A program made the translations under genes and the position numbers. A stretch of DNA of 64,000 nucleotides from Pecten maximus. Lineage: Eukaryota. Location of the stretch: contig NC_047029.1 in NCBI RefSeq assembly GCF_902652985.1, positions 30,938,001-31,002,000 of the forward strand. The letters are read 5' to 3'. A model generated the notes under the pieces. The model did not search any database. It worked only from the letters and a program-made list of their open reading frames with translations, and was not told the origin of the DNA. This document shows, piece by piece, positions 1 to 13,000 of the stretch (the first letter of the stretch is position 1; each line of letters begins with the position of its first letter).

Positions 1-120
1 AAGGTTAAGATGTTGATATCGTATACAATATGTATGATGCATAGTAATAATTGCGAAATGAAATAAAATCTTACATTAATCACTCTTGTTGGCCTGGATG
101 GAAGCGCGTGAAGTGTTATA

Positions 121-212
121 TTGTGGGAGGAGCTAGAGTGCCAAAATTTAATCCATACGGTCGGGCAGAAGATCCTTATGCCCTTTGATGCCTGATCGGG
201 AAATCAAACCCC
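121..212 (-). mobile_element. Old degenerate SINE fragment (third family; relatives at ~1490-1578, ~26390-26490 and ~36345-36440)
   Basis: Shared decayed motif GGAGTACC..AAAAC..GTGGTCGGGCAGGTGACCCC.TACCTTT..CCGATCGGGAAATCAAACC. Confidence 0.5.
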
Positions 213-2540
213 AACATACTAATTCAAAAGCCTGTCAAAACCATTAGCTGTGAGATGCATAGATAGTTAGCCATCAGCGTGGTAATCGTTTATAAATTAT
301 GAATTATATGTTGTCAAAACAAATGTGATGAGCGAAGGATTATAATTTTAGTATTCCACAAAGCATCTGCTGCTTCGCCATTAATAACATCCGGGATTTT
401 GGTGAATTTTGATTCTGTACGTAATGTAAAGATGAAAAAGCAGAAGTTTAAAACAATTCTTATCTGAATTATAAAAAAATGAATTGTTCAGCAAACATCA
501 GTATTTGTTATTCTGTGTTTTAAGATTACGTCATTAACGTAAAATTCCAACCAATCAACTCACCTTTAACATCCAAAAACTGCTTGTCACAAACACACTG
601 CTGATTCATAAAAATGACAAGAAGAAGTGTTATCGAAGGTGGTGAATGTCAGGTCCTAAAAATGTACCCTGTTAGTTAACACGAAATAACGCACTGTCAT
701 CAAAATGGTTAAATAAATGTTCCAAGAGGGATTTATGAAATTTAGCAGTTAGATAAAAAGAAGTTAAATACACTATTCTTTAACTTTAACATCGTGAATC
801 CTAATGAATTGGGGGCAGATAGTATACTGCACGCTACATTCTCGGTTCAGACTAGGATGGTAAATGCCGACGTTTTCTAATTATGGTCTCGTAATAGGTA
901 CTTCAATAACACCTATAGTGACGTCGAGATCCTCTGTGGTGCGAGTCTATTCTTGTCTCTGTCGTGGTGGTATTGTCGTAAATTATATAAGTAAATCGTT
1001 CATTGAACTTAAGCCTTTGCTTTTAATTGCATTTATAAGCCTACGCAAATCTTTACATACGTTAGGATCTTGTGCCATTACGATTCCCTATTTAATAGGT
1101 CTAGATAGCAACAAAACAAAGGCAATCATACCACGCACTTCAATAATTACTATTATATCCATTTATATACATTCACATCAGCCTTAATAAAATTATTTTC
1201 GATCTCTATAGATTGCTATGATAGTCTATAGCTGTCCTTAACCATCGGCTTATCCAAAAAAATGACGTGGTATCCTTGTAAGATGCACATTATGTCTAGC
1301 CACTAGTCCGACGATATATTTATAAATATCTATTTAATTGGCTATCATACATGTATATACATGAATGCCCATACATATACAGTTTTGCGTTCATTTGTTT
1401 TACAGCTTATGCGAAACATGTTATATAACGAGTATTATTCGCTCTTGTTGGTCGGGGGGGGGGGGGGGGGGGGGGTAGGGGGGGGGGGGAGGAAAATACC
1501 CTAAGAATACCAACCCACGTGGACTGGCAGATGACTTCATACCTTTTCACATCTGACTTGGAAATTGAGACCCGGTAGCATTTGAAGAATGCGATATCAA
1601 CTCACTTCGACGACGTGAACTTATTATCATGTTTCATATGTGCTATTGTTGAATATTTCAAAACTTTAAATACAAAAACTGCCTGTGCTGTACCACGGAA
1701 GACCTGCTCACCTTCGTTATGGAATGCCCCGTCATCAATTTCTATTTCCGTAGTCTATAAATAGCTTTAAACTAGCGGCAAACTTCTTTCACGAATACAA
1801 GTTATTCGCAAAACTGAAATTAAGATTTATCATTATCAGTCCAATTTCTAAACAAATACTTTTAAACATTATGTATATAACTTAAATTCGAGTATCAAAT
1901 TAAATAAATGAACTTACATAAGCCTTATTAAAAACGTCAGTTAAAACTGGTGATTCACATAACTGGTATTGTTTTCATAACTATCCTAGAATGAATATAT
2001 ATTTGAATTTTCACAAAGTGTCTTCAATTGGTTTCATAGCAACAAACTAGGTAAAGAAAATTCACATTTGATAAAACCTGATCGGGCTGGAAAGTCTCAT
2101 CATTCCTTTGTAGTAAGCTGCTTTCAGTTTTCTAATATGCAAGGTCTATGGGGATTCTACCTTATATGCAACTGCCTTTTCTTCTTACCGTGTAACATCG
2201 ACTTGTATACCAGATGGAAAATATTTCAAATATTTCTTTAAGCGACAGTATTCCATTTTGGTTTGAAATATAATCAACAAAGGCAGGTGATCTTTGTAAA
2301 TGGAAAGGCCAAGATGGTCGTTATTTATAAAATACAAAAATATAAAATGTAAGACTTTAAATCTTTGTATATTCCTATAGCTTATTTGACAACTATTTTT
2401 TGTTTTAAATTAACTTTAATTTTTAGTTAATTACAGTTTCTGAATATCTATGAGTCAGAAAATTTTGACAATTCTAATTGAATTGATCGTAAAAATATTA
2501 CCGAACAATGATGATGATTTATGTTATATCTTACTTGCAG

Positions 2541-3248
2541 ACCACAAAAGCAAACATGTCAACAAGTCAGGATGAACCTGATGTTGGCGTGAGAGAGACT
2601 ATCGCCATCCAGGAATGGAAAGACACTATTACCGACCGAGGACCTGAAACCACATCGAGTGTTCCTATCGGGAATCACGTGACACCTAATGCTTGGAATC
2701 ACGTAAATGGTGTTGATTTATCTCAGTCATTCGAGTCTGATGACGTCAGTAATCCAAAAGAAGTGTCGGACTATATGGAAGAAGCTTACACTGAAATTCT
2801 AGATTCATTTGCCCCAGCGAATGACACCCTTAGCGATATTGAATATTCAGAGACGGAAAAGACAAGCGATGACAAGGAATATCGTTGGTCGAAATTACCC
2901 AATGCGAATCAATCTATGAATAACGAAGCGTGCGTCGTTGACGTTACTTCTTGTTCTGAAGGTTCCAGATATCCTTTATCAAATGGGCATTCCGAAAATA
3001 GACCTTGGTCAGTGAGTGAGGGTAGTGACTTATCAACAGGGGCTAGTACACTAGACAGTCCCAACCCCTCAACATCTAGTAATGCTCTTCTCTTCACTTC
3101 ACATAACAGTGGTCGGGACGAAAACGACAATAGCCAAGTGGTGAAGCCCGAAACTCCTATTTGTAATAACCTCACTGGCGATTGGGACGAGATTTTTGCC
3201 ATTTGTGATACATTTAATCGAGATTTTAGAACGGACCCTACCAGCTGA
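2541..3248 (+). CDS. Probable terminal coding exon of a gene starting upstream of the window; Ser/Asp/Glu-rich disordered C-terminal region
   Basis: Acceptor tcttacttgcAG| at 2540, then ~235 open codons (TTKANMSTSQDEPD...RTDPTS*) in otherwise stop-rich DNA; no recognisable domain. Confidence 0.55.
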   Translation, partial: TTKANMSTSQDEPDVGVRETIAIQEWKDTITDRGPETTSSVPIGNHVTPNAWNHVNGVDLSQSFESDDVSNPKEVSDYMEEAYTEILDSFAPANDTLSDIEYSETEKTSDDKEYRWSKLPNANQSMNNEACVVDVTSCSEGSRYPLSNGHSENRPWSVSEGSDLSTGASTLDSPNPSTSSNALLFTSHNSGRDENDNSQVVKPETPICNNLTGDWDEIFAICDTFNRDFRTDPTS

Positions 3249-3487
3249 TAAGAAAGAGATATCAATGGTGACTTAGGCGACAATATGATAATTAACATGA
3301 AGTGTAGTAACAATATATTTAAGGCCAAGAAACTGGCATCTGTCAAAAGAGGTCTTCCGCCTCACTATATGAATACTGGTATACTGGCGTTCGTGGGATA
3401 TTCCTTATTGGATATAACCTCAATGAATGACTTCAGAAACAGTCTTGCTCTGACAAACAGTGACTCCCCTGATTCACACACCCACCA

Positions 3488-3576
3488 GTAAAGATGGCAA
3501 ACAGTACCTACTAATTCACCAACCGCCAGTAAAGATGGCAAACAGTACCTACTAATTCACCAACCTGCCAGTAAAG
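3488..3576. repeat. ~40-bp direct tandem duplication (CAGTAAAGATGGCAAACAGTACCTACTAATTCACCAACC)
   Basis: Two full copies plus a partial third seen directly. Confidence 0.85.
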
Positions 3577-5510
3577 AGTTGAAGACAAATGAATGCATTG
3601 GTAAATTGAGCGGTACTGAAAGGCAGCGTGAAGATACATCAACAAAAACATTGTTCGACCATCAAAGTTGCAAATTTTATTTAATATCTACTTCATTGTT
3701 ATCCATGTCCGTAGTCTGCTTCGGTATCAATCTGATACGAATCGGAAAGCAGTTGTTGTGTCTACACATTTGGGACAACAGTAGTACTTGACAAAAATGT
3801 ATCCCTGAATTTAAAATGCATATCCAGCTCCTATGAGCGGTATTTCAGGTAGTTGATGCACTCTTTACGTGAACAACGTCACCTTTTCTTATGGTGTATT
3901 GTGTTTCTGCCCTGTCGACCGTTTGATCTAGTAGATCTCGTGGCAGATCTCCAGGCAGGTTAATCGACAATCAGATATTTCATCAGAATTTAAATATGGT
4001 GCGTTCTGATCTTGCTTTAACTCTTCTTCAGATAGGCCTAGGAGCAAACCACAGCGCAATTTAATGTATTTGTTTAATGTTGGGTGGTCGTAAAATAGAA
4101 TTCACCATGTCTATTGGAGGGAAGATAACTCTAGTAGAAAGCAAGGACTCGTAAACTAGTATGAATGACTGTTGACTACCGAAGTAAAACATGAGAGGGG
4201 TGAAAGACAGATTGAGAATGTATTAATATCTTATGCAGGGACACACTAGATAACACACACATTGAAAATTAACATTCTTTATTGTTCTTATTATTATGCG
4301 TTGGTGATTTTTCAGTATTCTTAAATAATAAGAAGCAACAGTATGTGTAGACTGGCCACCAGTCCCTAAGTTTTTTGTTAGCTCCACTAAATTTTAATAC
4401 TAGATTATCTCCCCCTAGTTTGAAATTTAAGATCAGACATATCCTAGTGACCAAAATCATAAAGGTCAATTTTATATATAATTTTAATATTCTAGTCTAG
4501 AGACAGGGAGTCAGTCTACAGCATGTGATACAGTGACACTTTTTCCTAGATGATAACTGATGTTTACTATCTAAGTTTAACTCTTAGTTTCGCTTAAAGC
4601 GCATGATTATGACACTCCAGATCTGTATTGATATTTAGGATAGTTTGTAACGCGTCATCGTCATAATTGTAGTATTAGTTTGTACAACGCGTCATCGTTA
4701 TAAACTGATATTTTGAATGAGCGAATTATTATTGATAGCTTAAATTTGCAGTAAGATATTTAACTGACATGAGAGTTATTTTCTACATGCAAAACGATGG
4801 TTTTTAACTTAAATATTCAAAATTAACTCGCCGGGACGAAGTCCAGAGGGGCTAATGAGCACATGCCCCCAGCGTCGGCGTCCGTAGACAGCTAGGTCAT
4901 AGTAAGCTTTGTTGTCTTCTGACAACTCTTGTTTTTAAACAGTTGGAGATTATATAATTACATTGAAGTGGTCCTGCCTTTTCATATATAGCCATAGTAA
5001 GTCATGAACGGATGAACAAGAAATCCCAAGAAAAGACAGCAATAGAACAAATTTATATCCGATACTGAAATACTGTACATGTAAAACGGTTTCATTCTAC
5101 ATGATCATTTCCTTGATTTGCACGTGCGACTAGCCCGGAAACTCGACTGCATCACCGACAACTCCGTTCTTCTAGGACCCTCTAATGATGTTAGCGTGTG
5201 GAAAGTAACTTTCGTTTCACCAATTTTTCTGACTATAGTAAGAACCATTGCCATCTGCAAGGTTGGTATAGTTGGCGTAGAAGCAAATGATTTTCTTTAA
5301 ATACTAACCAGGTGCAGACGCCGGCAGTAGTCCGTGTGATAGCACAGGTAGAATACAAAATTCCGTATTGATCATTTGTATCCGTCAAAACCGCATTACG
5401 AGTGAGGAAATTGCACATAGTTTCGTATTATAGATTATACTTGTCTTTCTATCATTTTACTGCATTTTTTCATTATTTATTGTGTCCATATTTAATAATA
5501 TTTAATATGT

Positions 5511-5685
5511 GAATATGTAATGTATCAACATATTTAAGGAATATGTAATGTATCAACATATTAAAGGAATATGTAATGTATCAACATATTTAAGGAATAT
5601 GTAATGTATCAACATAATAAAGGAATATGTAATGTATAGACATATTTAAGGAATATGTTATTTATCGACATATTTCAGGAATATG
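5511..5685. repeat. 28-bp minisatellite (GAATATGTAATGTATCAACATATTTAAG), ~6 copies
   Basis: Direct periodicity of 28. Confidence 0.9.
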
Positions 5686-7624
5686 AAACTTAGCATCATA
5701 TCTTGAATATATATTTATGTATCATTGAATGTATTTATTGTATAGATTTGAGGTTTTTAAGACCAATTGTAATTTATTTTTACAGAAATAGCATGCGTTT
5801 TCAAAACGGCATTGTATATATGTAAATAGTAGAAATTATGCTGAATTTAATTGCAATTTTTTCATAACTTCTAAAGTAATCATTAACATCGATGAAACAA
5901 GTTTATGTATCGATATCTTAAATTTTGTAATTAAATGTGTGAATGATACAAATTTCATATACAGATTTTATAACGCAAATTTGCCAACGTAATTACCATG
6001 TAAAATCATATCTGCCATCTCATGGAATGTGATAATTGGAAACCTTTTGTTTGTTTTACAAATCATTCAAACATATCATTAACTGGAAGGAATCTGGTAC
6101 ATATTTTTCAATTAATACCCTTGAATGAATAGAATGAAGGTTACGTGATGAGGTACGTTATAGTTTTAACACATTTACCAAATTGTATGAGAACGCTACT
6201 GTAAACCGTTTCATTTTCGCCAATATAATTTCTCACTGAACATTGGACGAACAGTAAGTAAGAAAGTCATCGAACGGCAAATTCTGCAAACTGTGTTTCC
6301 GAAACCCACAGCGCGACAATTTGGCGTGGCGAAAATATTTCGGTATCAGTATTGAAACAGATGGCAGCAGTAGTGAGGTCTCCTGTACATATATATCTAC
6401 AATCACCTTAAATTATTAAAATAAATAATGAGTCAAAATGGTTTGAGTTTTTCTTTATTTCAAATATCGACTTCATAAAATATACATGTGTGTATAACGA
6501 ATAATAAATGTTATCTCTATTGTGAACCTGTTTTACAAGCTATTTCATATTTGTATCACATAAATCAAAATACAATGATGACGTATTTTATTTCTATTAT
6601 AACGATATGTAAAATAGTGGCTACATTCAAAAAAGCAACTAATTTCCTATGAACACACAGCCCTAAATACATACGGAATGTTAAAAATATGAGTCAGTGA
6701 GGCCAACTCAACGGCAGAATTGTATATAGATATCAGCATAAAAATTCTTAATTCTGAAATATTTTCTTTTAAAAAATGAGCATTTGATTCAATTATCTGA
6801 AGCACATATTGTTGTGTTCGTGAAGTGAAGTGAAGTTCCAAGATTTTTACTTGAGGTAATTTCAAAAGTCAAGGAATACCACAAATGCGTACTCTCATCA
6901 GACAAGGTGAACAGCTATTTATACGTTTTACTGATACCACATCACACGAATGAAGTTCCAAGTTAAATGTTCATCAATTCATTGTATATTAAAATCTAAA
7001 TCAGTAATACACTTTATCTAATTGCAATATTGGACTAAATACCGTTCCGGTAAAATTCCTAAAGTGCATCGAAATGGAAAGAGAAAATATTCATTTTATT
7101 ATTTACATTGTCTCAAGGGCAGATCATTTTAATTGACATCGTGCGAGACTGCCCACAGCAGATTTGATTACAGGATATCAAACACTGTACAATATTGATA
7201 AATTAGCTTGACCTGAACATCATAGGAAGTGTTATTGTGGCTATGCCTTCCAATGTTGATTTAAAAGCGTGAAGAATTACCAACCAAATATCAGCAAATG
7301 AGCCTTATTACATGTTAATGTGATGAAAAGTCTTAGTTTAATACAAATAACAATATTTAAAATCGTATCTGTGATAAAATGAATATATATTCGATTTCTG
7401 CTATTTTATAACAAAAAACATCAAAATTGCATTGCACGTCATTATAAACAATATAAATATAGAACAAAGTAAACATTATCAAAACAACCGTTTCTAAAAT
7501 AGCAAAAACAAACAACCTACATCACTAACAAAATAAATTATCGAAAACAACATTCAATATCTGCCATTGTGACAGTGTGGTTTAGATAATGGCCATTATG
7601 TGAAGCTAAACCTACGAAACTCAC

Positions 7625-8277
7625 AGGACACAGCGACAAAGACAGGGTATACCGACAAAGACAGGGCACACCGACAAAGACAGGACATACCGATAAAGAC
7701 AGGGCATACCGACAAAGACAGGGCACACCGACAAAGACAGAGCACACCGACAAAGACAGGGAATATCGACAAAGACAGGGCATACCGACAAAGACAGGGC
7801 ACACCGACAAAGACAGTACATACCAACAAAGACAGAGCACACCGACAAAGACAGGGCTTACATACAAAGACCGGACATACCGACAAAGACAGGGCACACC
7901 GACAAAGACAGAGCACACAGACAAAGCCAGTGCATATCGACAAAGACCAGACACACCGACAAAGACAGAGCACACCGACAAAGACAGGGCATACCGACAA
8001 AGACAGGGCATACCGACAAAGACAGGGCATACCGACAAAGACCGGACACATCGACAAAGACCAGACACACCGACAAAGACAGGGCACACCGACAAAGACA
8101 GGGCACACCGACAAAGACAGGACATACCGACAAAGACAGGGCATACCGACAAAGACAGGGCATACCGACAAAGACCGGACACATCGACAAAGACCAGACA
8201 CACCGACAAAGACAGGGCATACCGACAATGACAGGGCACACCGACAAAGACAGGGCTTACATACAAAGACAGGGCAC
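7625..8277. repeat. 20-bp minisatellite (GACAAAGACAGGGCATACCG), ~32 copies
   Basis: Direct periodicity; it generates the repetitive ORFs on both strands. Confidence 0.95.
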
Positions 8278-9282
8278 TGGGTAATGGAAACTCATAAAGC
8301 CAAACAAAAAAAGATGTCTAATGACAAGGAAATCCACCAAGAGCCACGCAAACAACAATATACTGTAAAAAGGTAAGTTTTTGTCTGATCACCAATCTCT
8401 CTAGTCTACAGAAATTACATGTTTTACTTACATCCAGAAATATAAAACATCACAAGCAACTCACTACCTCCTCACGAACTCAAGTCGCCGTAGTGGTTAT
8501 CTAAGCATTTAATATAAGCTGGACTAAAGTTGTACTAGGTAAATTAACAAATGACTGCCGGTTTTCCAAACGTTTTACTGTGTGAAATATATTTTCTGGA
8601 AAGAAAAGAAGAAGGACGATGACTCTCCTTTACAACAGATAATTCGCTATATATAATGAATACTAACTGATAATTAAATTGATAATTATCAGTGATCTGA
8701 TCACAAAAACGTTTGACGCTTATGTTCATATCATAACTGTGCTTTATTCTGTCTTAGACACCATTGTCAATCAATGACGATTGTAGTTCGGACGAATTGT
8801 ATTATAGTTACACATATAACAGAATAGTTCGCAGCATTACCCTGAAATCGTCATAAGATGGTCACGATAAAATGGTTTGCGGGGGAAAATAGTTTCAATA
8901 AAGAATGGTTTTTCAAACAAGCCATGAACATAGAGTAACTGTATATATTGTCAAATCGAATATATACGCCACACTAGGACTACAGGTAAAAAGCACATTG
9001 AAGACAAAGTCATATTAAAAATAATGCCTTGTCAACATACTCGATGAAATCCTTGCTAAATATATATGGCAATTAAACAAAGTACCCTAATACAAAAATG
9101 TGTAAAAGCGTATTTGGTAAATGTACCAGTCCACAAAAATAGAGGGTACGTTATGAAATACAATATTTCCATCGTTGGTTTTCATTCTTTTAAAGTGGCG
9201 AATGTATAAAAAAAAATCTGAGGGATACAAATAAAAAAAATTAATATTTATGACACAACATTAGGAAATACATTTACAAATA

Positions 9283-9492
9283 TTTGTTTGCTTTTGTTTA
9301 ACGTCCAGGGTCATTTAAGAACGTGTCCGGTTTTGGGGGTGGAGGAAAGCCGGAGTACCCGGAGAAAAAAAACATCAGCCTACGGTCAGTACCTGGCACC
9401 TGCCCCACGAAGGTTTCGAACTCGCAACCCAGAGGTGGAGGGCTAGTGAAAAAGTGTCGGGACACCTTAACCACTCAGCCACCGCATCCCCT
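9283..9492 (-). mobile_element. Full-length tRNA-derived SINE
   Basis: Minus strand reads A box TGGCTGAGTGG, B box GAGTTCGAAAC, body TTCTCCGGGTACTCCGGCTTTCCTCCAC and an (AAAC)n tail; 10-bp TSD TTTACAAATA at 9273-9282 and 9493-9502; further copies at 20896, 37380 and 56982. Confidence 0.9.
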
Positions 9493-10072
9493 TTTACAAA
9501 TACACAAGAAGGTCGAACTGTTGAGCCCTTAATTTACTTAAGATTTACTAGTGTAATTGTCAACAGAAATAGACGGACACTTTCTTATAAATTTATGAAT
9601 CATGTACCTGCTTCTTTTCAACTAAACAACGACGTCTATATAAAAGCCTACGGGATGCACAAATGTCGAAATGTACCGCGCAACCCACTGAAAACAACAA
9701 CGACATATGTAGGCGGAATTATTTAGATTTTAAATTTACCAGTCTATGTTCACATCAATAGAATGATTCCTCCTGAAATACATCAAATTAATTATTCACA
9801 ACCACACGTGTAGGAAACCAACAAATTCTTATCACAACAGACCGATTTATTCTAAAATACATTAAAATTAGTATTGTGCTTCATTTGTGTGATAAAATTA
9901 ACAATGGCACAATTGTACTAAAGAAAAATATGACACACCATTCTGAACTACAAGAACAACCAAGCATGCATGTAAACCTATCTAGCATAAAAAAGTTAAT
10001 GGCGGTAAAAACAGAAACAAAATGCAAACAAAGACGACTCCACCTGCCATCCATATTGACCTGATCTCTCCT

Positions 10073-13000
10073 TTACTTCTTTCTCCCCTTGGATGCTCCC
10101 CGTCCTTTTTTACCTCCTGGACCTGCTGTTTCTTCTGCTTTTCTCTTTGTTCCTCTTCCACGTCCTTTGGCAGGAACCTCATCAACCTCCATTTCGTCCT
10201 CGTCGTCCTCTTCAACAACTTTTGCCTTCCCTCTTCCTCTACCTTTGGGTGCTGGTTTTGGTGCCGGTGCTGCCTTTCCTCTACCTTTGGGTGCTGGTTT
10301 TGGTGCCGGTGCTGCCTTTCCTCTACCTTTGGGTGCTGGTTTTGGTGCCGGTGCTGCCTTTCCTTTACCACGTCCTTTGGCCGCTGCTTTCTTAACTGGA
10401 GCTGGTTCATCTTCCTCCTCATCATCGTCATCTTCAGCCTTTTTACCCTTTCCCTTCCCTTTGCCACCTGCACTGGACCCTGCGTTGGCATCATCTTCAG
10501 CTTAAGAAACAAGAAAATGAAAAATGAAGAGGCAAGAACTTCTTGTCCCTATGTATGAAGCCTTACATATGTGTATTGATTAATTCAATTACAAAATAAT
10601 TTATTGATGGTCATTATTTGGATATGTTCCGCTTTATGTTTATACTAATCAGCATAAGCGGATTGCTTCTATGAAACAGGTCTTCTGACAAACCCAGTCT
10701 TATTCTCCTAGTGCGTTTTAAGGGTGACTTTGTAAATCTGTTGTTTTTTGTACAAAGATTGTCCTCTTTTTATTGTAAGTTGGAATTACGATTTCGTAGA
10801 CAAGACTGTTTGTCTTTGAAATATAAGGGTACACAAAACTATTTCGAAAACGTAAACATCTTGATATTTTGTAAATCTTATTTAGTCATTGTTAAAATCT
10901 GGATATTATTCAAATATCATTTTTTACAAAGTCAACGAAAAATAGAATACAACATGGCATATTGACAAATATCATAATGAAAAACACTTAAGACACAAAG
11001 AAAACACTGGCAACAAACCACATTTATACCTTTCCTGTCACTTGGGTTAGGGTTAGGGTTAGTGCTATTAGGGTTAGGGTATTAATACATACCTTTCTTT
11101 TCCTTCGGTACATAGGGTTTGTATTTAGCCAGTACGGCGTTCCATCCACCCCCTGTCTTCCAGAACGTCCAGTGGTATCCGTTTGTATATATAGCATACT
11201 TTACAGCTGCCAGCAGTCTGTCATTTACCTCGTCATCAGTGGGCGGCTTCAGATTCACCACCTGCAATAAAAAGAGTATCAACATTTATCATACCATAAA
11301 ACATGGAAACCAAACACAACTGTTTTATAGAATAGCTAGTTCAGAAAGGCTTCGATATAATCTTCCATCAATTCCACTCCTGTCTGATTTATAGAATCTA
11401 GTCAATAGAGAATACGATGTAGTCTAGATCATATGTCTGGACTGTTCTATAGAACCTAGTTTATAGGGACTGCAATCCAGACTAGAAATACTCCACACGT
11501 ATTGTGTCTGTGTTAACTAGCTTAGTGCTTCTTCACACACAACTTGGGTGTTTTATAGAATCTAGTTGAAAGAGAAAATGATGCAGTTCAGAGCTACTTC
11601 ACACACAACTTGGATATTTTATATAATCTAGCTGTGAGAGAATTTGATGCAATCTAGAGTTATTTCACAAACAACTTAGATATTTCCAAGAACTAGTTGG
11701 GAGAAATTATGATGCAGTCTTTGAGCTATTTCACACACAACTTGGATGTTTACAAAATAAGATGAGAGAAATTATGATGCAGTCTAGAGATATTTCAAAC
11801 ACAACTTGAATATTTCAAAGACGCAATTTAGAGATGATTTGATAGAGTATAGAGATAGTTTACACACAACATGGATGTATCATAGAATCTAGTAGAGAGA
11901 GACCATGATGCAGTGTAGTGCTAATTCACATGCAACTTGGATGTTGTATAGAACTAGCTGAAAGAGAAATTGATGCAGTCTAAAGTTATTTCATACACAA
12001 CTTGAATATTTTAAAGACCTAATTTAGAGACGATTTGATGCAGTCTTGAGCTAATTCACAGACAACTTGGATGTTTTATAGAACAAGCTGAGAGAATTTG
12101 ATACAGTCTAGAGCTATTTCACACACAACTAGGATGGTATTTTTAACGTGTTGAGAGAGAATGAATTTGATACTGTCTAGAGCTATTTCACACAAAACTT
12201 GGATGTTTTAAAGAACTAGTTGAGAGAAATTATGATGCAGCCTTGAGCTAATTCACAGACAACATGGATGTTAATAGAACGAAGCTGAGAGAGAATTTGA
12301 AACAGTCTAGAGCTATTTCACACACAACTTGGATGTTTAATAGAACAAGCCGAGAGAGAATCTGAAACAGTCTAGAGCTATTTCACACACAACTTGGATG
12401 TTTTATCGAACAAGCTGAGAGAGAATTTGAAACAGTCTAACTTGGATGTTTTTTTAAATGAGTCGAGAGAGAAATTGATGCAGTCTAGAGCTACTTCACA
12501 CACAACGTAGATGTTTTGAAGAACTAGTTGAAAGATTATGATGCAGTCTTGAGCACTTAATTCACAGACAACTTGGATGTTTTATTGAATCTAGCTGAGA
12601 GAGACTATGATGCAGTCTAGAGTTATTTCATACATAACTTGGATGTTTTATAAAAACTAGGTGAGAGAGGCTAGGACCAAGTCTAGAGCCACTTTACACA
12701 CAATTTATCTTTTTCATAGAATCTAGTTGAGAGAGACTATAATTGATGCATTTTGACTCACCTTAAACCAGTCCTGGTATGTCTTGGCGTCATTGATTTT
12801 CTGAACAGATGTCTTCATATTTGCCACCATCTCATCAGTCGGGAACCCCATATTGTCATCATACCTCTTTTTCATAGCATCCCGACTCATTCCCTTCGGC
12901 ATAGCGATTTCAAGGAACAGGACCTATGGTCAAAAGGTAAACTATAAACAACATCATTACAAAAACAATACAGAAGACTTAGTCCTGCTATATTTACTCT

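Noticed and set aside
864-1187. 107-aa ORF
   Set aside because: No recognisable motif or convincing splice sites linking it to the 2541 exon
7538-8376. Long Cys-rich and Arg/Thr-rich ORFs on both strands
   Set aside because: They are by-products of a stop-free 20-bp minisatellite whose period is not a multiple of 3; no splice or domain support
9982-10558. ORFs 9982-10512, 10022-10558, 10089-10505 and 10093-10395
   Set aside because: Alternative-frame or antisense shadows of the true last exon (10500-10073) of the UBC gene
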